From an uncultured beta proteobacterium (GTDB taxonomy: Bacteria; Pseudomonadota; Gammaproteobacteria; Burkholderiales; SG8-39), in the NCBI GenBank assembly GCA_963820965.1, contig CAWGCC010000007.1:28277-92276 (forward strand): DNA of 64,000 bases, read 5' to 3'. The notes below the pieces were generated by a model that saw only the letters and a list, made by a program, of their open reading frames with translations, did not search any database and was not told the DNA's origin. Position numbers and translations under genes: made by a program. Below, one piece after another: positions 40,753 through 51,289 of the stretch; within the stretch, counting starts at the first letter, position 1; every line of letters begins with the position of its first letter.

Positions 40753-42570
40753 GTGATCCCAGACGCCTTCAAACAGGATCTTCTCAACCGCGTCGACATC
40801 GTCGACGTGATCTCGGCGCGGGTGCAGCTCCGCAGGGGCGGCGCCAATTGGGTCGGGCTGTGCCCGTTCCATGGCGAGAAGACCGCGTCCTTCACGGTGA
40901 GCCAGGCGAAGCAGTTCTATCACTGCTTCGGCTGCGGCGCGCACGGCAACGCGATAAGTTTCCTGATGGAGTACGGCGGCCTCGGCTACGTCGAGGCGGT
41001 CAAGGAGCTTGCCGAGAGCGTCGGGCTCAAGCTTCCCGAGCTTCGCGGCGAGCGCACCGTGAAACCCGCCGCGGACGGCCCGGACCTCTACGAGCTGCTC
41101 GCTCGAGCGGCTCGGCACTACCGCGAGTGCCTCAAGGGCTCGCCGCGCGCGATCCAGTATCTCAAGGGCCGCGGCCTCACCGGCAAGACCGCCGCGCGAT
41201 TCGGCATCGGCTATGCGCCGGCCGGGTGGCAGAACCTCGCCGCGATCTTCCCGCGCTACGAGGAGAAGGCACTCGTCGAGTGCGGACTCGTCGTCGAGAA
41301 CGACGGCAAGCGCTACGACCGGTTCCGCGACCGCGTGATGTTCCCGATCCTCAGCCAGCGCGGCATCGTGGTCGGCTTCGGCGGGCGTGTGCTCGAGGGC
41401 GATGACGGTCCGGCTACGGGGGAAGGGAAGGGGCCCTCCGGTCCGAAATACCTGAACTCGCCGGAGACCCCGGTCTTCGAAAAGGGCCGCGAGCTCTACG
41501 CGCTGCCGCAGGCGCGCGACGCGATCCGCGCGGCGGGCCGCGTGCTCGTCGTCGAGGGCTACATGGATGTGGTGATCCTCGCCGAGCACGGCGTCGAGAA
41601 CGCGGTCGCGACGCTCGGCACGGCGACGACGCCCGCGCACGTGCAAAAGCTCCTGCGTCAGGCGGAGGAAGTCGTCTTCTGCTTCGACGGCGATGCCGCC
41701 GGCCGGCGCGCGGCGTGGCATGCGCTCGAGGTGAGCCTCGAAGCGCTCTCCGACCGCAAGGCGGTCCGGTTCCTGTTCCTGCCGGCCGAGCACGATCCCG
41801 ACAGCTACGTGCGCGCGCACGGCCGCGAGGCGTTCGAGCGCGAGCTGAAGGCGTCGCAGCCGCTGTCGGCATTCCTGCTCGCGACGCTCACTGCCCGCGT
41901 CGACCTCTCGTCGCTCGAGGGCCGTTCGCGTCTGATCGCCGACGCGAAGCCGCTGTTGAAGCGGATCGCGGCGCCGGCGCTCCGCGTCCAGCTCGTGAAA
42001 GCGCTCGCCGAGGCAGCGGCGATGGCACCGGTCGAGGCGGCGCGGCTGCTCGAGGTACGCGACGGAACGATCACCAATTGGGGGCGCCCGGCGCCGCAGC
42101 GGGCGGACCGGACGGCGCTCGCGATCGATGCCAGAGTCGAGCGGGAGCTGACCGCCTGCCTGCTCGCCGCGCCGGAGCTGGCGAAGGACCTCGATTTCAG
42201 CTGCCTCGACACCTCGCGGCCCGAGGCGAGCACCGTCGGAGAGCTGGCCACCTTCCTTCAGAGCCGGCCCGAGGTCGGGAACGTGGCGGGGGTGCTCGAG
42301 GCGTTTCGCGATTCGGCCCACGAGCGGAACCTGGCGGCCGCCGAGCGCGTCTTACTCGAGTTGCAGCTGGATCGCGATGCGGCCACTGCGGTCTTTCGAG
42401 ACGCCCAACTTAACCTTCTGAATCGCCTCAGGAAAGCGCGTCACTCGGCGCTCGCCGAGCGGGTGCGCGCGGGCCTCGCGACCGATGCCGAGCGCGCCGA
42501 ATACGTGCAGCTCTCCGGGGCCCGGACGGCTTTGAATTCGCGTCCCGAGCCCTCACCTAACTCGCTATAA
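40753..42570 (+). CDS. dnaG: DNA primase
   Basis: Zn ribbon CPFH...[40 protein letters not shown]. Confidence 0.97.
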   Translation: MIPDAFKQDLLNRVDIVDVISARVQLRRGGANWVGLCPFHGEKTASFTVSQAKQFYHCFGCGAHGNAISFLMEYGGLGYVEAVKELAESVGLKLPELRGERTVKPAADGPDLYELLARAARHYRECLKGSPRAIQYLKGRGLTGKTAARFGIGYAPAGWQNLAAIFPRYEEKALVECGLVVENDGKRYDRFRDRVMFPILSQRGIVVGFGGRVLEGDDGPATGEGKGPSGPKYLNSPETPVFEKGRELYALPQARDAIRAAGRVLVVEGYMDVVILAEHGVENAVATLGTATTPAHVQKLLRQAEEVVFCFDGDAAGRRAAWHALEVSLEALSDRKAVRFLFLPAEHDPDSYVRAHGREAFERELKASQPLSAFLLATLTARVDLSSLEGRSRLIADAKPLLKRIAAPALRVQLVKALAEAAAMAPVEAARLLEVRDGTITNWGRPAPQRADRTALAIDARVERELTACLLAAPELAKDLDFSCLDTSRPEASTVGELATFLQSRPEVGNVAGVLEAFRDSAHERNLAAAERVLLELQLDRDAATAVFRDAQLNLLNRLRKARHSALAERVRAGLATDAERAEYVQLSGARTALNSRPEPSPNSL

Positions 42571-42571
42571 T
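42531..42571 (+). promoter_or_regulatory. putative sigma32-type promoter and sigma70 -10 box for rpoD inside the dnaG 3' end
   Basis: TTTGAA...CCTCACCT resembles CTTGAA-N13/14-CCCCATNT; TATAAT at 42566-42571. Confidence 0.5.
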
Positions 42572-42614
42572 CACCGGCTTTTTTTCCTCCTACCGCCCCC
42601 GAGGAACGACCCAC

Positions 42615-44867
<2,253 letters not shown>

Positions 44868-44996
44868 CCGATCGGACGCGCGGCTGCGGCGGTGCAGGCC
44901 AACTTCGGCGCCTCGGGGCCGCAGTCGAGTCAGGGCTAGAGCCCGGCCGCAACCACAACAACCGATGCAGCGTCGGGCAAGCTGACGCGACGTTCT

Positions 44997-45030
44997 GACA
45001 GACGCCCCGCACGCGGGGCGTCTGTCTTTT
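44997..45030 (+). terminator. intrinsic terminator after rpoD
   Basis: GACAGACGCCCCGC-AC-GCGGGGCGTCTGTC-TTTT. Confidence 0.9.
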
Positions 45031-45062
45031 CGCGGGGGTTGGCGGAGTGAGAAGATAGCCGG

Positions 45063-46430
45063 ATGCCCGACTTCGACCACGATCTGTTCATCATCGGCGC
45101 CGGCTCCGGCGGCGTCCGTGCCGCCCGGATCGCCACGGGCTTCGGAGCGCGCGTCGCGATCGCGGAGCACGACCGGGTCGGCGGCACCTGCGTCATCCGC
45201 GGCTGCGTGCCGAAGAAGCTGCTCGTCTACGCGGCGCACTTTCGCGAGGACTTCGAGGACGCGGCAGGCTACGGCTGGACGCTCCCCGGCACGGCGTTCT
45301 CGTGGCCGAAGCTGATCGCGAACAAGAACGCCGAGATCGCGCGGCTCGAGGGCATCTATGCCGGGCTCCTGGAACGGGCCGGCGTGAAGGTTCTCCGCGG
45401 CACGGCGCGCGTCGTCGGGCCGAACGAAGTCGAGCTCGACGGTCGGCGGCACACCGCGAAGTACATCCTGGTGGCGACCGGCGCGGCGCCGTGGTTGCCG
45501 CATCTCCCGGGGATCGAGCACGCGATCAGCTCGAACGAGGTGTTCGAGCTCCCCGAAATGCCGCGCCGTGTGGTGGTGGTCGGCGGCGGCTACATCGCCG
45601 TCGAGTTCGCCGGCATCTTCAACGGGCTCGGTGCGGAGGTCACCCTGTCGTACCGGGGCGAGCAGATCCTGCGCGGCTTCGACGACGACGTCCGCCGCCA
45701 CGTCGCCGAGGAGATGACGAAGAAGGGCGTCCGCATTCTCCTTCGCAACGATGTCGAGCGGATCGACCGGCAGCCGGACGGCTCGCTGAAGGTGGGCTTT
45801 CTGGCGGACGAGGGGCCGGGCCGTTTCGACGCCGTGCTGCATGCGACCGGTCGAGCGCCGAACACCCGCGATCTCGGCCTCGAGACGGCCGGCGTCGAGC
45901 TGGGCGAGGGCGGCGAGGTGATCGTCGACCGGTTCTCGGCGAGCACGGCCCCCAGCGTCTACGCGGTCGGCGACGTTACGGACCGGATCAACCTCACGCC
46001 GGTGGCGATCAGGGAAGGGCACGCCGTCGCGCTGACGCTCTTCGGCGGCCAACCCACGCCGGTCGACCACATGGACGTGCCCACCGCGGTGTTCAGCCAG
46101 CCTCCGGTGGGGACGGTGGGGATGACCGAGGCCGAGGCGAGGGAGCGCTTCGCCGCGATCGACGTCTACAAGGCCGCGTTCCGCCCGCTGAAGGCGACGC
46201 TATCGGGCCGCGACGAACGGACGTTGATCAAGCTGCTCGTCGATGCCGCGAGCCAGCGCGTCGTCGGCGCGCACATGGTCGGATCCGACGCGCCCGAGGT
46301 GATCCAGGGCGTCGGCATTGCAGTGAAGGCCGGGCTCACGAAGGCGCAGTTCGACGCGACGGTCGGCATCCATCCGACCGCGGCGGAAGAGTTCGTGACG
46401 CTGCGGGACAAGTTCATCGCCCCGGCGTAA
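45063..46430 (+). CDS. gor: glutathione-disulfide reductase
   Basis: GAGSGG, GGTCVIRGCVPKK redox disulfide, GGGYIAVE, HPTAAEE. Confidence 0.93.
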   Translation: MPDFDHDLFIIGAGSGGVRAARIATGFGARVAIAEHDRVGGTCVIRGCVPKKLLVYAAHFREDFEDAAGYGWTLPGTAFSWPKLIANKNAEIARLEGIYAGLLERAGVKVLRGTARVVGPNEVELDGRRHTAKYILVATGAAPWLPHLPGIEHAISSNEVFELPEMPRRVVVVGGGYIAVEFAGIFNGLGAEVTLSYRGEQILRGFDDDVRRHVAEEMTKKGVRILLRNDVERIDRQPDGSLKVGFLADEGPGRFDAVLHATGRAPNTRDLGLETAGVELGEGGEVIVDRFSASTAPSVYAVGDVTDRINLTPVAIREGHAVALTLFGGQPTPVDHMDVPTAVFSQPPVGTVGMTEAEARERFAAIDVYKAAFRPLKATLSGRDERTLIKLLVDAASQRVVGAHMVGSDAPEVIQGVGIAVKAGLTKAQFDATVGIHPTAAEEFVTLRDKFIAPA

Positions 46431-46514
46431 GCCCGGCCAGGAACGGCGTCAGCCGTACGGCCCGGATCCGCCCGGATTGAAGTCCTCCGGGGTGACGACG
46501 CGGAGATGAAGGCG

Positions 46515-47483
46515 TCAATCGAGCCGCGCTCCGGTGAACCTGATCACCGGTCCCCACCGCGCCGATTCGCGCGCGATCAGCTGCCCGAACTGCTCCGGCG
46601 TCCCGCCGCCCGCCTGGATCCGGTTGCGGACGAGGATCTCGCGCACGTCCGGCGCGGCGAGCGCGTCGTTGATCTCCCTGTTGAGCCGGAGCACGATCTC
46701 GCGCGGCGTGCCGGCCGGGGCGAGGATGCCGTTCCAGCCGTCCGAGTCGAAGCCCGGCAGACCCGTCTCGGCGACTGTCGGCACATCGGGCATCAACGGG
46801 AAGCGCTGGAGGCTCGACATTCCGATCAGCTTCACCCGCCCGCTCTGGACGTGCGGCAGCAGCACCGCGGGCGGGAGAAATGCCGCCTGGACGTCGCCGC
46901 TCGCCACCGCCGTCGCCGCGGGGACGGCGCCGTTGTACGGGATGTGAACGATGAACACCTTGGCCTCGGCCTTGAGGAGCTCCATCGTGAGGTGCGCGCC
47001 GCTGCCGTTCCCGAGCGATGCGTAGTTGAGCTTCCCGGGCTGTCTGCGCGCGGCTTCGATGAACTCCGTCACGTTCGAGATGCCGCTTTCGGCGCTCACG
47101 CCGAGCACGAACGGCTGCCCGCCCATCAGGATGACGGGCGTGAGGTCCTTCTGGACGTCGTACGGGAGCTTCGAGTAGAGGTGCGGCGCATACGCGAGCG
47201 GCCCGTTGAAGCTGTAGATCAGCGTGTAGCCGTCGGGCGCCGCCTTCGCGACCTCGCCGACGGCCACCGTGCCGCCGACCGCCGGCCGGTTCTCGACGAT
47301 GACCGGTTGCCCGAGGCGGTCGCGCAGCTTCTCCGCCACCGCGCGGGCCGGGATGTCGAGCGAGCCGCCGGCGACGCCCGAGACGACGAGCCGGACCGGC
47401 TTCTGCGGCCAGGATTGCGCTGCCGCTGCGGCGGCGCCGACCGCCAGCGCGAACGCGAGTGCAAATCGAAGTCCGTTGCTCAT
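46515..47483 (-). CDS. Bug/TctC substrate-binding protein
   Basis: GGAGGAGG RBS, signal peptide, WPQKPVRLVV, GQPVIVENRP, PDGYTL, HIPYNG. Confidence 0.92.
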   Translation of the reverse strand: MSNGLRFALAFALAVGAAAAAAQSWPQKPVRLVVSGVAGGSLDIPARAVAEKLRDRLGQPVIVENRPAVGGTVAVGEVAKAAPDGYTLIYSFNGPLAYAPHLYSKLPYDVQKDLTPVILMGGQPFVLGVSAESGISNVTEFIEAARRQPGKLNYASLGNGSGAHLTMELLKAEAKVFIVHIPYNGAVPAATAVASGDVQAAFLPPAVLLPHVQSGRVKLIGMSSLQRFPLMPDVPTVAETGLPGFDSDGWNGILAPAGTPREIVLRLNREINDALAAPDVREILVRNRIQAGGGTPEQFGQLIARESARWGPVIRFTGARLD

Positions 47484-47630
47484 GCCTCCTCCTCCTGCGG
47501 GTTGCCGAGGATAGCAGCCGCGCGCCTCGGCTCTCGCCACCGCGTCGACGAGGAACCGTTCGCCGCGCTGCGAGCGAGCGCGATCGGGTCGAGCGCCGGG
47601 AGTTCGAGAGGGAGCTGCACGGGGCCACCA

Positions 47631-47661
47631 GAAACGAAAAAGCCCGGTCGCCCGGGCTTTC
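47631..47661 (-). terminator. intrinsic terminator of the cold-shock gene
   Basis: Minus strand GAAAGCCCGG-GCGA-CCGGGCTTTTTCGTTTC. Confidence 0.85.
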
Positions 47662-47685
47662 AAGGGAAGCGGGACTAGCCCCGCT

Positions 47686-47889
47686 TCAGAGCGGCTTGAT
47701 GTTCGAAGCCTGCTTGCCTTTGGCGCCGTCCGTGATGTCGAACGAGACGCGCTGGTTCTCTTTCAGGGTCTTGAAACCTGCACCCTGGATCTGCGAGAAG
47801 TGAGCGAAGACGTCCTTGCTGCCGTCATCGGGCTTGATGAAGCCGTAACCTTTTTCCTCGCTGAACCATTTCACGATACCTGTGCTCAT
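47686..47889 (-). CDS. cold-shock protein (CspA family)
   Basis: GIVKWF, KGYGFI (RNP1), VFAHFS (RNP2). Confidence 0.96.
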   Translation of the reverse strand: MSTGIVKWFSEEKGYGFIKPDDGSKDVFAHFSQIQGAGFKTLKENQRVSFDITDGAKGKQASNIKPL

Positions 47890-48038
47890 TGCGTGACTTT
47901 CCTTGCCTAGATGAATTGATTGATGGCCTTGCGGCCCGCTTGCGAGAACTCAAGGGAAATGACGTTAGACCTGAGGTACCGCGGATTGCGGCATCGACTG
48001 ACCAGCGGCTTTCGGACTTGAGGTTTCTTGCAGGGCGC

Positions 48039-48067
48039 TATATACCGCCTTGCCCGCAATCGGTCAA
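48039..48067 (-). promoter_or_regulatory. sigma70 promoter of the csp gene, implying a 5' UTR of about 140 nt
   Basis: Minus strand TTGACC-17 bp-TATATA; long leaders are typical of cold-inducible csp mRNAs. Confidence 0.65.
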
Positions 48068-48141
48068 GGGTTTTCTGGCGCCCTCGGCAGAGCACGCGGC
48101 GCGCGCGGGGCGCCCCGTCGGCGGCAGTAGAATCGCGTCGC

Positions 48142-48215
48142 GGGCCTGTAGCTCAGTCGGTCAGAGCAGGGGACTCATAATCCCTTGGTCCCTGGTTCGA
48201 ATCCAGGCGGGCCCA
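48142..48215 (+). tRNA. tRNA-Ile(CAT), lysidine-modified Ile2 type; CCA not encoded
   Basis: GGGCCTG/CGGGCCC acceptor stem, TAGCTCAG D arm, anticodon loop CTCATAA, GGTTCGAATCC T arm; -10 TAGAAT at 48128. Confidence 0.92.
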
Positions 48216-48280
48216 CTCGAATCAATAGCTTGCGTGCTCAAGGGATTTTTCGGGCAAGGCTGTGCCGTAGATGTGACTGG
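48216..48280. mobile_element. attachment-site-like region next to the tRNA 3' end
   Basis: IHF consensus AATCAATAGCTTG (48220-48232); TGTGCC/TGTGAC repeats 11 bp apart (48261, 48272). Confidence 0.55.
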
Positions 48281-48714
48281 AGTTGCGCCGAAGCTCTGTA
48301 CATACGCGACCAAGTGCGATGTTCCGAGGTGCGCGTACCGCCTCACCGTACGCTCGGCGTACTCCGATAGCGGTATTCGTCGCCCGTCGACCACGATGTA
48401 AACGGTGTTCGACCGGTTGCGCGTTTGTGTCTTCTTGTCTGCCCATCGGACGTTGCCAACGACGTAACCCTTGCTGCCGTCGATCCTGTCCAGAGTATGG
48501 GCGCGCGTCGGTCGGGGCCCGACAAGTCGAAGGAAATCGCCAAAGTCCCTAGAGGCGAGGTCGAACTCGAGTCCCAGTTCCTTTGCCCGCGTCTTCGCGT
48601 TCTTCCACGTGTTGTACGTCGTCTCTTGAGGCGGAGATCAGTCGCCGAGAGCGTTTCCGCGTCTGCCTCGTGCTGCGCCGGCACGGGTACCACATATAGA
48701 AGAGGCTTACTCAT
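48230..48714 (-). pseudogene. phage HNH-like endonuclease fragment fused to a tyrosine-integrase C-terminus
   Basis: After a frameshift near 48630 reads TYNTWKNAKTRA..GPRPTRAHTLDRIDGSKGYVVGNVRWADKKTQTRNR..SEYAERTVRRYAHLGTSHLVAYV. Confidence 0.65.
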
Positions 48715-48760
48715 CGGACATCTCCTTCTCAAGAGCGGCACGACGGCAGCGAACCCCGGT

Positions 48761-48790
48761 TTGATCATGTCCGGCAATTTGCCGTACGAT
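48761..48790 (+). promoter_or_regulatory. TA promoter with palindromic operator GTCCGGCAA-T-TTGCCGTAC
   Basis: -35 TTGATC (48761) and -10 TACGAT (48785); inverted repeat 48769-48787 lies between and over them. Confidence 0.65.
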
Positions 48791-48809
48791 GGCGGTTGGA
48801 GGGCCAGGT

Positions 48810-49181
48810 ATGCCGAACGCCACCACGCAAGCCGCTCGAGCGCGCGCCCGAACGCGGAGCAAGACGCGCCACCGCGCGCTCGCCAAACCCCGCGCGAAGG
48901 CGCCGCCGAAGAGAAAGTCCGCCCGGCTCGAGGCGCGGATCCATCCCGAGCTCCGGGCATTGATCCAGCGCGCCGCCGACCTCGAGGGCCGAAAGGTCAC
49001 CGAATTCGTGACGACGGCCCTGCAGACTGCCGCACAACGCGCCATCGCCGAGTCCCAGGTGCTGCGCATCGCCGCCGCCGATCAGCTTCGGTTCGCCCAG
49101 GCGTTGATCGCCCCGCCGGCGCCTACGCCCGCGCTCAAGCGCGCGTTCGTCCGCCGGCGCACGCTCATCGCTGACAGTTGA
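48810..49181 (+). CDS. DUF1778 (RHH) antitoxin, TacA/AtaR-like
   Basis: KSARLEARI..LIQRAADLEGRKVTEFV..F.QALIAPPAPTPALKRA. Confidence 0.9.
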   Translation: MPNATTQAARARARTRSKTRHRALAKPRAKAPPKRKSARLEARIHPELRALIQRAADLEGRKVTEFVTTALQTAAQRAIAESQVLRIAAADQLRFAQALIAPPAPTPALKRAFVRRRTLIADS

Positions 49182-49684
49182 GCGACGGATTTCGCATCGA
49201 GGCGCTCGCACCGCGGCACGAGCGGTCAGCGTTCGACTGCGGTGTCGAGCCACTCAACCGCTACTTCCGCCAGCAGGTCACCCAGGACATCCGGCGCCGC
49301 GTCACGGCATGCTTCGTCGCTGTTGCAGAGGGCCGCGGTGAGCTCGCCGGGTACTACACACTCGCTTCAGCGAGCGTCGCCCTCGCCGAGCTGCCGGAAG
49401 ACATCGCGAAGAAGCTGCCTCGCTACCCCACCGTCCCGGCGGTACGGATGGGGCGTCTCGCCATCGCACGCGCATTTGCCGGGCAGGGTTTGGGGGCTAC
49501 CCTGCTCGCCGATGCGCTGACTCGATCGCTGCGGGCCGAGATTCCCGCCTTCGCGCTCATCGTGGACGCGAAGGACGAGCAGGCGGCGGCGTTCTACCGC
49601 CACCACGGCTTCCTCGCGCTACAGAGCGACCCGCTAACGCTTTTCCTGCCTCTGGCAACTGCGTCACGCCTCGCCAGTCGTTGA
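49178..49684 (+). CDS. GNAT acetyltransferase toxin, TacT/AtaT-like
   Basis: FDCGVEPLNRYF, GYYTL, PAVRMGRLA, GQGLG, VDAKD, FYRHHGF. Confidence 0.92.
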   Translation: MSDGFRIEALAPRHERSAFDCGVEPLNRYFRQQVTQDIRRRVTACFVAVAEGRGELAGYYTLASASVALAELPEDIAKKLPRYPTVPAVRMGRLAIARAFAGQGLGATLLADALTRSLRAEIPAFALIVDAKDEQAAAFYRHHGFLALQSDPLTLFLPLATASRLASR

Positions 49685-49958
49685 ACACCCGAGTGACTCG
49701 CTTAGCGTGGAATGCGTTCCGCAGATCCGTCGCGGCGCCTTCGCAGTTCGCCGCAGACACGGCGCCTTCGCTAACTCTCGGCGCTCTCCGTGAGGGCCGA
49801 TACGAACAACAGATCCTGGCCGCGCATCCCAGCCGTTTCCGACCCAATCGCCGTCGCCGCACCTGGGCATCCTCGCAGTGCGAGAGCTCGCCGCTGCGCA
49901 CGTATTCGCCGAATCGGGTCGGCAACGCCGCTGAAGTAGCTCCTGTGCGCCGCGCCTC

Positions 49959-51032
49959 TCACGCCGCTGCGTCGAAGCGCGCTCGGGCGGCGTCGTCGGC
50001 TGCGGCGCACCACCGCACCCAGGCTGTGATCTCCGGCCAGAGGCGCGCGTGCGCCTGCGGACCCACGAGGGGTCCGATGTGCTGGAGGGATACGCCGACG
50101 TCTCCTTCGTAGTGGAGGAGCGTCTTGTCGCCGCTGCCCGCCGCCTCGAGGAAGGGCAGCACCGTCGCGGGCGGCACGATCTGACAGCGCGGGTCGACCA
50201 CGCAAAGCAGCGGCGCGGTGACCTGAGACGGCGCAGCGGGCCGGCCACCGACGGTGAGCGTGCCGCAGACGAACGCGTCGTCGCGGGCGATCTGCCCGGC
50301 GAGATCCGCGAGCAGTCGGCCAGGGAGCGGGAACTCGTCGAGCGTCCAGCGCTCGACGCGCACATGCGTCGCGAGCGCCTCGGGCGTGGCTAGGCTCGCG
50401 GCAAGGTCGAGCAGCCGATCCAGGCCGAACGTGGCCGGCGCGGCCCGGAAGCTCGCGGCCGATAGAAAGGAGCCGGGCACCGACACGGGCATTTCCGCAT
50501 CGGGCAACCCTTCGGTCATCGCGCTGAAGATGCCGACGCCGCGCTCGAAGTGGAGCGGCGTCGCGAGCAGGCCCAAGCCGCGCACGCGCTCGGGGTACAG
50601 CGCGGCGAAGACCGCAGCGAACAGGCCGCCAAGCGAATGGGCGAGCAGCACCGCCCGGTCGATGCCCGCCGCGTCCAGCGCCTCGCGGATCAGGCGATCG
50701 GCGTAGTCGGCGAGCCCGAACGGCTCCGCGGTCCGCTCCCAGTCGAGGAGATGGACCGATGCGCCGGCGGCGAGGAGGCGACGGACCGCGCTCGCCTCGG
50801 GGGCGAGGTCCCAGATGTAGGAACGCTTGATCGGCGCCGGCACGATGACCACCGCCGGCCCCGGTCCGGTCCCGGTGCCGTAGCGTCGCAGGCTCACCCC
50901 CGGGCTGCGGAAGATCGTTTCGTATTGCGCCTCGATCGGCCCGAGACCGAGGGCGTCGAACGCCATCCCCTGGATGCGGCGGGCGTTGTCGAGCGCCTCG
51001 AAGAGCGCCCAGCTTGCGTAGTCGTTGGTCAT
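49959..51032 (-). CDS. PhaC-like alpha/beta hydrolase with Ser nucleophile
   Basis: VPAPIKRSYIWDLAP, LLDW, AHSLGG, C-terminal QHIG. Confidence 0.75.
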   Translation of the reverse strand: MTNDYASWALFEALDNARRIQGMAFDALGLGPIEAQYETIFRSPGVSLRRYGTGTGPGPAVVIVPAPIKRSYIWDLAPEASAVRRLLAAGASVHLLDWERTAEPFGLADYADRLIREALDAAGIDRAVLLAHSLGGLFAAVFAALYPERVRGLGLLATPLHFERGVGIFSAMTEGLPDAEMPVSVPGSFLSAASFRAAPATFGLDRLLDLAASLATPEALATHVRVERWTLDEFPLPGRLLADLAGQIARDDAFVCGTLTVGGRPAAPSQVTAPLLCVVDPRCQIVPPATVLPFLEAAGSGDKTLLHYEGDVGVSLQHIGPLVGPQAHARLWPEITAWVRWCAAADDAARARFDAAA

Positions 51033-51289
51033 TGCAGAAAACCGATGCCGCGAGCGCGGACGTGCGCTCGTGTACCGCCGTGTCGATGCAGCAGTCTGAC
51101 CGGAAAGATGCCGGCGGGGTTGATCACCGTCAACGGGCGGTCGCCTCGACTCGCTATCGTCGATCCGCCGGTTCGGACGCGGGGAAACATGAAACCGAGG
51201 GATGGCACTTTGGACCTGATCGGGGCCGCGGAGGCGCGCACCGTCCCGTGAGGATGTCGGTGCATTCGAGCGTCCTCGGAATTGTGGCC

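Noticed and set aside
40433..40756. 107-aa ORF between yqeY and dnaG
   Set aside because: No RBS or motifs and atypical codon usage; the region is better explained as promoter plus structured RNA.
48142..48215. tRNA-Met or initiator tRNA
   Set aside because: Paired G1-C72 rules out fMet; overall sequence resembles ileX-type tRNA-Ile2. An isotype-specific tRNAscan-SE model would settle it.
49685..49958. Short repeat CGGCGCCTTCGC (two copies) and ORF 49681..50112
   Set aside because: Only two GC-rich copies and no coding signal; probably chance or unrecognisable debris.
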